64,000 bases of DNA, from sequence record PQ850631.1; one strand, given 5' to 3'. Positions 10,029-18,632 of this stretch are shown here, in pieces (within the stretch, counting starts at the first letter, position 1; every line of letters begins with the position of its first letter). The translations under genes were made by a program, and so were the position numbers. The DNA is from Escherichia phage VerenaGrendelmeier_Bas101. The notes below the pieces were generated by a model. The model was not told the DNA's origin. It worked only from the letters and a program-made list of their open reading frames with translations, and searched no databases.

Positions 10029-10357
10029 TGTATCAAATACCACTTGACAGCGTACCTAACCAGAATATCAGCTTTAACGTTGACGGTGCATATTGGCAGT
10101 TGCACATTTTTGCCGCTATCGAGCATATGTGTGCCGACGTATATCGCAATGGTGAACTTTTGATTCAAGGGGTGCGCTGTTTTGGTGGTATCCCAATGGT
10201 GCCTTATAAGTATCTCATGATTGGGTACGGTAATTTCATTTTCGACAGCGTACCTGATTATGAAAGGTTTAACTCAGGCGGCTGTAATCTATATTACATG
10301 TCAGAATCTGAGTTGGCTGAATTCCAGGCCACTGCTGAAGCGGAGTTTGCAATTTGA
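10028..10357 (+). CDS. hypothetical protein
   Basis: ATG overlaps upstream stop (TAATG). Confidence 0.4.
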   Translation: MYQIPLDSVPNQNISFNVDGAYWQLHIFAAIEHMCADVYRNGELLIQGVRCFGGIPMVPYKYLMIGYGNFIFDSVPDYERFNSGGCNLYYMSESELAEFQATAEAEFAI

Positions 10358-10710
10358 CAACTCTAACCATTGAAGTGAACGAAAATAATGACCTTTTTCT
10401 ACCTGATGGAAGAAACTTAAATATTCTTTCAGGAGAAAAAGCGATGGTGCAAGTAATCAAGGCCGCGCATCAGATGCGACTTGGTGAAGACTTGTACGAT
10501 ATAGAAAACGGGGTCGATTATTTGGGGACCGTTTTCAAGTCGCCCGTTGACGAAGACGGTGCGCGAAAGTCGATTGCAGATGCTATTCTGAAGAAAGCAG
10601 ACGTTGCCGGAATCGACTCATTGACTGTCACCATCCAAAACGGTATCCTTGGATTCACTGCAGAAGTGGTGACTATTTATGGCGAACGTATAAAGGTGAG
10701 TAATCAATAA
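10354..10710 (+). CDS. hypothetical protein
   Basis: TTG start overlapping upstream stop; start uncertain. Confidence 0.35.
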   Translation: MTTLTIEVNENNDLFLPDGRNLNILSGEKAMVQVIKAAHQMRLGEDLYDIENGVDYLGTVFKSPVDEDGARKSIADAILKKADVAGIDSLTVTIQNGILGFTAEVVTIYGERIKVSNQ

Positions 10711-10976
10711 TGGCACAAGTAATTCATTTTGCAAATGGCGTCATGAAATTTGGCGAAAAATTTGAAGACGCATCAGAGCTGTTTAATAAGAAGGTTGAGC
10801 CTGTTACAGAAATCAAAGAGCAGGTCGAAGAAAAGTCCGTTGAACAAAAACTCGATTTTGATTCCATGAGCGTTTCAGAATTGAAGTCTTATGCCAAAGA
10901 AAATGGCATAGACATCAAGGGTCTTTCTTATAAGGATGAAATTCTTGCTGCAGTTAAATCTGCATCTGCGGAGTAA
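10710..10976 (+). CDS. hypothetical protein
   Basis: AAGGTGAG RBS then ATG at 10710. Confidence 0.4.
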   Translation: MAQVIHFANGVMKFGEKFEDASELFNKKVEPVTEIKEQVEEKSVEQKLDFDSMSVSELKSYAKENGIDIKGLSYKDEILAAVKSASAE

Positions 10977-10978
10977 AC

Positions 10979-11476
10979 ATGGTCAATATTAGTGGATTTG
11001 GCACAAGCATTAGAATTGTCGCTCTTCAATCTTTTCCTGTTGGGCTGAATATCAGTTCTTTGTCTGATGACCAGGATTCGCTAATTATTGAGGAAGTTGA
11101 ATCAGTAGGTTATCAACTTACTTACGACGGCGGCATTTGCATATACGACAAAGCCGCCGTCGTTCGCGTATCCATTGCGGTCATTCCAAACACTGAAGAT
11201 GACATAAATCTTAAGCTTTTATTATCTGCCCGTAAAGGTGGATTCAAGTGGTTGCCAATTCAGGATGTGACATCAATGCTTATTACATATCCTGACGGTG
11301 GAAGGGTGGCATTCTCTAACGGAACAATAATCAGCGGTCCGCTTGGTGACTCCATAGAGCAATCAGGCCGTCGCAAGACAAACCGATACACATTTGTGTT
11401 TGCCAGCTACGGCGGCGCGCAGAGCACGTCTCAAATTGCCAAGGGCGTGGTGCAGAGCATATTGGGGTCCATTTAA
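10979..11476 (+). CDS. tail tube-like protein, paralog
   Basis: N-terminus MVNISGFGTSIRIVALQSFP parallels MINVSGFGASIRLVASNTFP of 9561-10028; similarity continues along the protein. Confidence 0.45.
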   Translation: MVNISGFGTSIRIVALQSFPVGLNISSLSDDQDSLIIEEVESVGYQLTYDGGICIYDKAAVVRVSIAVIPNTEDDINLKLLLSARKGGFKWLPIQDVTSMLITYPDGGRVAFSNGTIISGPLGDSIEQSGRRKTNRYTFVFASYGGAQSTSQIAKGVVQSILGSI

Positions 11477-12009
11477 TGGCTATCGATTTACTGTCATATA
11501 GTCTATCAAACAGAAGCTTCACGATAAAGAGCTTCAACCTTGGAGAAGTATCCACGCTTGGATGGGCCATAGTCAACGTCAAAATAAGACTCCAAGCGAA
11601 GATATTCAAAAACCAAAGGGAAGACGGCAGCTATATTGTCGATGGCAGAGTAAAGATGCCGCGAATACTCACTGTCACCGTGATAGCGCAAACGAAAAGT
11701 GCATCAGATGCAATAGCTAAAATGCTGCAAAACAGGTCGACTATATACACAATTAATTCCCGTGGTCTAATATTCGAACGTATGGTGCTGCAAAATAACA
11801 ACTTCAGCCAGGACGCTGACAATATAACGTCTCAGCCCATACAATTGGTCTTCCATGAGATATTAACACAGCAGGATGTGTCTATTCAAACAGCGCAGGC
11901 AGGCGACTCAACAGTAATAGAGCGCGGCATTGCATACATAAAAGAAACTTCTGCCAGCGTCACTGGCGTCGCTACAAAGGTGATGAATGGTATCAAGGGG
12001 ATGTTCTGA
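11476..12009 (+). CDS. hypothetical tail protein
   Basis: ATG overlapping upstream stop. Confidence 0.4.
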   Translation: MAIDLLSYSLSNRSFTIKSFNLGEVSTLGWAIVNVKIRLQAKIFKNQREDGSYIVDGRVKMPRILTVTVIAQTKSASDAIAKMLQNRSTIYTINSRGLIFERMVLQNNNFSQDADNITSQPIQLVFHEILTQQDVSIQTAQAGDSTVIERGIAYIKETSASVTGVATKVMNGIKGMF

Positions 12010-12569
12010 TGGACTTCGTTTCGATTCTGCTTTCTGGTCAATCTTTGACCATAACGAATGAGTCAACAGGTCTTCCTGTCTGGACAAGGCTTTCACCTGT
12101 TTCTGCAGAAATAACATCCCCAGCAGAAACAACTCAATTCCCTCTTGCTGGTACAGCCATGCAGGTTGTCGAAGTATCAAGCACGTCATCAGTAAGCAAT
12201 TTACAGGCGGCAAAGGTTGTAATGCCAGCCCATATGGCGTTAAACGTAATTTGCAATGACCAGTCTACAATTGAAAATATCATAAATTCATTTGATGATG
12301 ACGAAGTCACATTTTCAATAACTTCACGAAGCATCATTGCCAGTAAAATGTCGATGTCCGACGTTGAAATAACCCAGTCAGAAGAAAACTTGAATGGAGT
12401 CTCAATAGTAATAACCTTCGAGCAAACGTCATTTAGCATTCAAGGAAGCTTCGACCCTAAACAATCTGCAGACGAATCATCAAATGGTGTTGCTATTAAA
12501 GAACCAGTCAGTTTGACTACAACTGTGAGTTCGTTATATAATAAAATAAAATCAACAGTAGGAATATAA
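12009..12569 (+). CDS. hypothetical tail protein
   Basis: ATG overlapping upstream stop. Confidence 0.4.
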   Translation: MDFVSILLSGQSLTITNESTGLPVWTRLSPVSAEITSPAETTQFPLAGTAMQVVEVSSTSSVSNLQAAKVVMPAHMALNVICNDQSTIENIINSFDDDEVTFSITSRSIIASKMSMSDVEITQSEENLNGVSIVITFEQTSFSIQGSFDPKQSADESSNGVAIKEPVSLTTTVSSLYNKIKSTVGI

Positions 12570-12570
12570 A

Positions 12571-12987
12571 ATGAAGATCACCAACAAACAAACTGGTCGT
12601 ACAGTAGAAATTAAAATCAGCAAAATGACTGCGATGGAAGGCTGGAATATTCAGCGTCGCTTTGTCGAATTTGCAATGTCGAAAGACCCTGCTTTTCGTT
12701 CAGAGTATACGATGGAAGTGTTGAGCTTCGCAAAAGTCGAGCTTGATGTGGGCCAAGAAATCCCATTAAGTACTGGTGCACTAATTGACAACCATCTTGG
12801 TGACTGGGAAAACCTTAAAGAAGTCTTCGAAGCAGTCCTCATGGAGAACGGTATAAACCCAGATACTCACGCCGAGCGTGAAGGCTACTGGGAACAAGCT
12901 GGCGGCGAAATGGCTGCAGCATTCATCGGCGAATCGATGCGATTAATCGCGCCATTCCTCAGCGGCGAGACTCCAAACAAGGGGTAA
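12571..12987 (+). CDS. putative tail assembly chaperone
   Basis: Small acidic protein immediately upstream of tape measure gene. Confidence 0.3.
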   Translation: MKITNKQTGRTVEIKISKMTAMEGWNIQRRFVEFAMSKDPAFRSEYTMEVLSFAKVELDVGQEIPLSTGALIDNHLGDWENLKEVFEAVLMENGINPDTHAEREGYWEQAGGEMAAAFIGESMRLIAPFLSGETPNKG

Positions 12988-12990
12988 ACT

Positions 12991-15171
12991 GTGTCTGACT
13001 CATTAGAAAAATTTGTGCTTCAATATACGGTGGACTTGAAAGAGTCCATCAATCGTCTTGAGCAATTGCAAGATAAGGTTGATCAGACAAACAAAAAGGC
13101 GAAATCCGCTGGCAAAGATTTCTCTGGAGCATTCAAAGATGTTTTTGGCGAGCTAAAGCCGCTTACTGGTGAGCTAGGGTCAATTGACGGAATACTTGCG
13201 CGGCTGACATATCGTTTTGCCGCGCTCGTTCCTGTTGTCGCAGGATTGGCCGTCGTCGTCAAATCCATCGTTGATGTTCGAAAAGAATACGAAGCGCAAA
13301 GAAAGCTTGGTTTTGAAGCCGGACTCTCTCCAATGGGCGTCGAACAACTACAACGACAGTTGAATGAAAGTTCAGGTGGCATCCTTGGCGCACAGGGGTC
13401 GCGCGATTTAATCAGCAAAGCTTCTAATCTGGCATTCAATGCATACACCAACCCCGATGTGATGAACAAGGACAACTTGTTGTTGAACAAGATGGGGACA
13501 AGTCCTTTCAACAGTAACGGCGGCATCAAAGACACGAATCAGCTGCTTGATGAAATTGGAACAAAGCTGAGAAGTGTGAATGAGCAAACCGCTCGTGCTA
13601 TTGGTGCTCTGGCAGGTTTTACCGCCGATGAAGTCCGCGCCCTTCGCGAGCGCAACCAGTCTGTGAAAGAAAGCACACGCATAAGCGATGAGGAAACGGC
13701 AAAGCTGCAGCGCCAACAAGCTGCTCTTGAGACTATACGAAATAGTATGGGGCAAATTCAAGAAGATTGGCGGCGTATTGAACTGGTTATCGGTGAAAAC
13801 GTTATGCCTGCATTCTCGACGCTTGTCAGCAAGACCGCCGATACAGTCGAAGGATTCCAGATGATGTTCCAAAGAATGTCTGACGGATGGAGCGAATTTG
13901 TCGACAATTTCATCGCTGACTTGAAACACCCGTTTGATAAACAGGCGGCTGTTAACGAGCGTCACGAGCGTGCCGTTGATAGATGGATCACGCAGATGGC
14001 CGAAGGCGATGTGAAACGCCAGAGGAACCAGGAGCAAAACGCTGCTGAACAACGCTCTGCACAGGCTCTTTTTACTCGCGATATCAACCTGTTTTCAAGT
14101 GCCGTTTCAACCTTTGCTGGCGTGATTGATGAGCGTCAAGCTTGGGCGGCATGGGCAGGTGAAATCGGGCGCAGCGCAGGGCAATCCGCGATGCCTGGAA
14201 CACCAGCATTGAATACTGGCGCGACCGTAGGGAATAATCTTGGGTCAGGGAATCCGACAGCATATGACTCAATATATGAGGAAGCTTCAAAACGCTATGG
14301 CATACCTGTAGCGATGATGAAGGCTGTAACTGAAGTCGAATCTGGATTCAATCCAAATGCTGTGAGCGGAGCAGGCGCGACTGGTTTGATGCAAATCATG
14401 CCTTCTAACTTCAAGGGTCTTGGAATAACAGATGGTAATGATCCTCGACAAAACATTATGGGCGGCGCTCAACTTTTGAAAGAGTATCTGAACGCCGCCA
14501 ACGGCGATTGGAATCTTGCGCTGACGATGTATCACGGCGGCTACGACCGAAGCGGCTGGGGCAAGAACACACGCGCGTATCCTGGAAAGGTGATGGCCGC
14601 TCTCGCCCGACAATCCAATGGCGAGTATGCCACGACAGCGCCGCAAGGTGCACCAGTTACTCCAGTACTTAGCGGTAGCGGAGCGGAAGCGCCAAAGGGC
14701 CGTTATGCACCAGTACAAGGTCAATCGCGCCAAACGGTGCAATACAGGCAATTGCAAGAAGCCATTGCAGGATACCTGAACGTACCAGTTGAGCAGTTGA
14801 TGCAGGGACAAGTCAACAAAGGTGATATTGACTTTGCTCAAACTTACCTTAAGCTTGGCACGCAAAGGGATTATATTAAAAACATGCAACTGGCTTCAAC
14901 TCCAGGTGTAAGACCGAACATTCAAGCCGAAGCTATGAAAAACGCTCGTCTTGCTGCATTCCAACTTGAAGCATTCCAGAAATACGGCGGCGACCTTTCC
15001 GCGAATAGTCGACCTGGTGGGCGTGATATTACTATGGGTCAGAAAAACGTTGTCATCAACATCAACGGCGCTCAAGACCCACGCAGCACGGCATTCGAAA
15101 CGAAACGAGTGCTTGAACAAGATGATATCAACGACATAAACAACCTTACTGCTACACCTTTGAAGTGGTGA
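12991..15171 (+). CDS. tape measure protein with C-terminal lytic transglycosylase (SLT) domain
   Basis: 726 aa; coiled-coil N-terminal part, hydrophobic segment, SLT signature EVESGFNPNAVSGAGATGLMQIM...YHGGYD. Confidence 0.7.
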   Translation: MSDSLEKFVLQYTVDLKESINRLEQLQDKVDQTNKKAKSAGKDFSGAFKDVFGELKPLTGELGSIDGILARLTYRFAALVPVVAGLAVVVKSIVDVRKEYEAQRKLGFEAGLSPMGVEQLQRQLNESSGGILGAQGSRDLISKASNLAFNAYTNPDVMNKDNLLLNKMGTSPFNSNGGIKDTNQLLDEIGTKLRSVNEQTARAIGALAGFTADEVRALRERNQSVKESTRISDEETAKLQRQQAALETIRNSMGQIQEDWRRIELVIGENVMPAFSTLVSKTADTVEGFQMMFQRMSDGWSEFVDNFIADLKHPFDKQAAVNERHERAVDRWITQMAEGDVKRQRNQEQNAAEQRSAQALFTRDINLFSSAVSTFAGVIDERQAWAAWAGEIGRSAGQSAMPGTPALNTGATVGNNLGSGNPTAYDSIYEEASKRYGIPVAMMKAVTEVESGFNPNAVSGAGATGLMQIMPSNFKGLGITDGNDPRQNIMGGAQLLKEYLNAANGDWNLALTMYHGGYDRSGWGKNTRAYPGKVMAALARQSNGEYATTAPQGAPVTPVLSGSGAEAPKGRYAPVQGQSRQTVQYRQLQEAIAGYLNVPVEQLMQGQVNKGDIDFAQTYLKLGTQRDYIKNMQLASTPGVRPNIQAEAMKNARLAAFQLEAFQKYGGDLSANSRPGGRDITMGQKNVVININGAQDPRSTAFETKRVLEQDDINDINNLTATPLKW

Positions 15172-15175
15172 TAAT

Positions 15176-16048
15176 TTGAAAAAGAGAATCCTTAAAGTCA
15201 CCTTATCTATGCCGGATGGCACAAGCCAAGTGCTTGATGAAGGATTGATGCTTAGATGCCGAATCAAAAAGGCAGCACTTTCCGTGCAAAATAAGGCCAC
15301 AATCGAAGTCGCAGGATTGACAGGGTACTTAAGAGAGTACCTGCTTTCCAACTTCACCGCATTCAACAAACGTCTGCGTGATCAAGGCCAATTGGCGGCG
15401 AATTATGTCAACGTAACAATTGAAGCTGGATATAGAGAAGGCAACGTTGTTAGTAGCAACTTAGTCTACAAGGGGCAAGTCACAACGGTCGAGATAACAG
15501 CGCCGCCGCCGAACATCGTCATACGCATCACTTGCTACACCAACCAGATAAACAGGACTAAGTTTATCACTCAAGCTGCACCGTCAAACCCAACATTCAA
15601 AGAGTTTGTGGAGTGGTCGGCAAAGCAAATGGATATTGATACTGTTATATGCGATACTTCGATTAACAATCAGCGCCTTGTTAACCCAGGCCGCACAACA
15701 TATGTTGCAGCCGCCTTGTTGCTTGAGATTCAGAACTATCAAAGGAACTCTATTGCGGCATATATCGATGATGATACGCTCATCGTCAAGGATAAAGACA
15801 AAATTCTGAATCCAGAACAGATAACGGTGATTGAGGAATTTGTCGGAATACCGATGTGGAACGAGTGGGGTGCTGACTTCACTTGCATGTATAACGCGGA
15901 TTTGAAGCTTGCCCAAGGTGTGAAATTCAAATCAGTCTTAAACCCAAGCTTGAACGACACCACATTTGTCATCATGCAACTTGAATATGATTTAGCAAGT
16001 CGTGATGATATATTTACGGTGACGGGCGGCGTTGCACCATCGGCCTAA
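15176..16048 (+). CDS. hypothetical tail/baseplate protein
   Basis: TTG start after RBS-like GTGGTG; position after tape measure. Confidence 0.4.
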   Translation: MKKRILKVTLSMPDGTSQVLDEGLMLRCRIKKAALSVQNKATIEVAGLTGYLREYLLSNFTAFNKRLRDQGQLAANYVNVTIEAGYREGNVVSSNLVYKGQVTTVEITAPPPNIVIRITCYTNQINRTKFITQAAPSNPTFKEFVEWSAKQMDIDTVICDTSINNQRLVNPGRTTYVAAALLLEIQNYQRNSIAAYIDDDTLIVKDKDKILNPEQITVIEEFVGIPMWNEWGADFTCMYNADLKLAQGVKFKSVLNPSLNDTTFVIMQLEYDLASRDDIFTVTGGVAPSA

Positions 16049-16050
16049 AT

Positions 16051-16572
16051 ATGAGAAAGAATAAAGTAATTGAGCTGTTTGGAGTTACTTATGAAATACA
16101 TCAATTCAGCGCAATAGACGCGTTTGAAATGGTTGATGCGATAAGCATATTAACTCCACTTGAATTATTAAGTGAATGTCATGTTATTAAATATGACGGA
16201 ACTAAAGTCAGATTAAACTCTGAGAAGGCCATCAGTGAAGAAGTGAAAAGTGTGCCAAATCACTTGCCGCCCAACCTTGTATTGAAAGTTCTAATGGAAG
16301 CGGTAAAGAAGCACAATTTTGGATTCCTCAGTGATTGGAAAGGCACTAAGATTCCAAATAGATTCTTGGCTGACGTCCCGACCGTAGAGCCTAATTATCT
16401 TGAGCCGATGGTTGCAAGCCTAATAAACAATGGTCTTGCTTCGTTAAAAGAATTGGAAGAATATTATTCATTGCGTGATGCATTCGCTATGTTTGATGGA
16501 CTAATAGCAAAATCACTTAATGAAGCCTACTCAAACGAAGCTGCCATTAAAGAATCAAAGTCAAATCGCTAA
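16051..16572 (+). CDS. hypothetical baseplate protein
   Basis: ATG start. Confidence 0.4.
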   Translation: MRKNKVIELFGVTYEIHQFSAIDAFEMVDAISILTPLELLSECHVIKYDGTKVRLNSEKAISEEVKSVPNHLPPNLVLKVLMEAVKKHNFGFLSDWKGTKIPNRFLADVPTVEPNYLEPMVASLINNGLASLKELEEYYSLRDAFAMFDGLIAKSLNEAYSNEAAIKESKSNR

Positions 16573-16582
16573 AATATTGCTT

Positions 16583-16631
16583 ATAGACTCCTTATAGATT
16601 ATAATTTGTTGATCAGATATAAGGAGTCTAT
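16583..16631 (+). repeat. perfect 14-bp inverted repeat (ATAGACTCCTTATA / TATAAGGAGTCTAT) enclosing the RBS of the spike gene
   Basis: Arms at 16583-16596 and 16618-16631, 21-nt loop; right arm contains AAGGAG and abuts the start codon. Confidence 0.6.
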
Positions 16632-16632
16632 G

Positions 16633-17358
16633 ATGGCAGAGAAGTTAACTCAACTTACAAGCCCCAACCAAACTGACAAATCAAGTATGTTTGCCGCGCT
16701 GCAGGGAATGCTGGATCGTGGCAAGTATACCACTGACGGCATGATTCCTGCACAAGTAATATCTTATGACCGCAAACAGAATTTAGCAGTCATAAAGCCT
16801 GTTATTCATTTCGTAAGTCTTGATGATAAACCAGTGGAGCGTCAACCTCTGGTGTCAATTCCTGTATTGGCAATCGGCGGCGGCGGCTTTGTAATCAACT
16901 TTCCTTTGAAAGAAGGTGATTTGGGCTGGATATTCGCTGGCGACCGCGAGTTGTCGACATTCCTTGAAGAATTGAAGCCGACCGCGCCTACCAATGGTCG
17001 CGTGAAAACTTTCGCTGATGGACTGTTCATACCGGATGTATTCCGAAAATACACCATAAGCGGAGAGGATGCAGGCTCAATGGTAATTCAGTCACTCAGC
17101 GGCGCTGTACGAATTGCATTAAGTGATGACTCGATAAACATAACCGCATCAGCTGGGGTAAACGTGAAAACACCAATCACCACTATCGACCAACAACTGA
17201 TAGTGAATGGAAAGGCAACATTCAATGGTGGTATAGAAGGGAAAGAAGGAACGACGGCAACGCTTCCGACTGGCACCACAATCGGCGGCACAAATGTATC
17301 CACTCACGGGCACATAGGTAACGGACCTGGAAACAGAACTGGGGACATGATAGAATGA
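16633..17358 (+). CDS. baseplate central spike protein (gpV / Mu gp45-like)
   Basis: OB-fold-like region PVLAIGGGGFVINFPLKEGDLGWIFAGD; C-terminal GTNVSTHGHIGNGPGNRTG. Start chosen at ATG with AAGGAG spacing. Confidence 0.55.
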   Translation: MAEKLTQLTSPNQTDKSSMFAALQGMLDRGKYTTDGMIPAQVISYDRKQNLAVIKPVIHFVSLDDKPVERQPLVSIPVLAIGGGGFVINFPLKEGDLGWIFAGDRELSTFLEELKPTAPTNGRVKTFADGLFIPDVFRKYTISGEDAGSMVIQSLSGAVRIALSDDSINITASAGVNVKTPITTIDQQLIVNGKATFNGGIEGKEGTTATLPTGTTIGGTNVSTHGHIGNGPGNRTGDMIE

Positions 17359-18626
17359 GTGCACAATATTCTTACATAGTAAGCACTGGTGTAATAACCA
17401 TCGACACAGCCGATTTGCTGGCTGACGTTCAGAATGAATGGATTGAGTCATTAGGGGTCGGGCTTGACGTTGATGCATCGACACCGCAAGGCACCCTAAT
17501 CGCGACAGAGACTTTGGCAAGAACTTCAGTCATGAAGAACAACGCCGAGCTGGGAAGTCTCATCAACCCTAATTATTCATATGGCGTATACCTTGATGCC
17601 ATCGCGGCACTGCTTGGTATTGAGCGAACGAAAAACATCAGCACGATGTTGAAAGGAATTACCGCAGAAGGAACGCCGCTGTTGGAAATTCCTGCTGGAA
17701 GTTTGCTGACGGATTCAAACGGCACATACTGGTATGTTCTTGAAGACGTTCAAATCACTTCGACTGGCAAGACAAGCAACATGACTCTTGCATCAAAAGA
17801 TTATGGCTCATTTACGGTTGCCCCTGATGAAGAGTTTACAGTGGTGCAAGGTTATGACGTCATCGGATGGTCAAGAACGTATTCAACATCAGCAACGACG
17901 ACTGTGCCAGGAACGCAATACATGGGCGACGGAGCGTTAAAGGCCGCTCGCGTTAAGCGTCTTTACCAGCAGGGCATTGCATCGCTTGGTGCCATTCGCG
18001 CTCGCGCCATGTCGGTCGACGGCGTGGAATCTGTGATGGTCGTGGAGAACGACACGGGATTGCCTGGAACGGTACGCGGCATCACCTTTTCAACGCCTAA
18101 CGGTGTTTGGGTGTGCGCAAGCGGAACTTTCGATAAGCAAGTTTTTGCTGAGACTATTTTCAAAGCGAAAATGGGCGGCCAGCCGTGGGACTTTGGTGCT
18201 GCCAACCAGGGCAATCCAGTCAACTCTCCTGATGGAATAGAAGTTGTCGACGAAGAATCACAACTGTCTTATTTCGTGAAGTTCAACACTGCAGTAATAT
18301 ATGACTTGTATGTCGATATTACTGTTTCAAGAGGCACCGCAACCGCCGATGCGGAATCTATTATTGCCGCTGTGTTGAATTACGGCAATGGCAATTTTAA
18401 CGGTGAGCAAGGGTATACAGTAGGTCAATCTCAATCTTCTTTTGAAATTGCTTCAGCAGTGTCTTGCGAGTATCCAGGCTTGTATATTAAAGATTGCAAA
18501 ATTGCAGCAGTTAAAAGCGGACAGGCAGCGCCAAATTATCCATCCGATTACGGCAGCGAGTGGATTGCCAATCCTTGGGATAAGGCGAATACTATGCGCG
18601 GCTTCATCAACGTTAAATTTGTGTGA
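17355..18626 (+). CDS. baseplate J-like protein
   Basis: 423 aa, position after spike; ATGA overlap with upstream gene. Confidence 0.55.
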   Translation: MSAQYSYIVSTGVITIDTADLLADVQNEWIESLGVGLDVDASTPQGTLIATETLARTSVMKNNAELGSLINPNYSYGVYLDAIAALLGIERTKNISTMLKGITAEGTPLLEIPAGSLLTDSNGTYWYVLEDVQITSTGKTSNMTLASKDYGSFTVAPDEEFTVVQGYDVIGWSRTYSTSATTTVPGTQYMGDGALKAARVKRLYQQGIASLGAIRARAMSVDGVESVMVVENDTGLPGTVRGITFSTPNGVWVCASGTFDKQVFAETIFKAKMGGQPWDFGAANQGNPVNSPDGIEVVDEESQLSYFVKFNTAVIYDLYVDITVSRGTATADAESIIAAVLNYGNGNFNGEQGYTVGQSQSSFEIASAVSCEYPGLYIKDCKIAAVKSGQAAPNYPSDYGSEWIANPWDKANTMRGFINVKFV

Positions 18627-18632
18627 GGAACT

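Noticed and set aside
13408-14889. Antisense ORFs (214 aa and 200 aa) inside the tape measure gene
   Set aside because: They overlap a gene with a clear SLT domain and coherent frame, with no independent signals.
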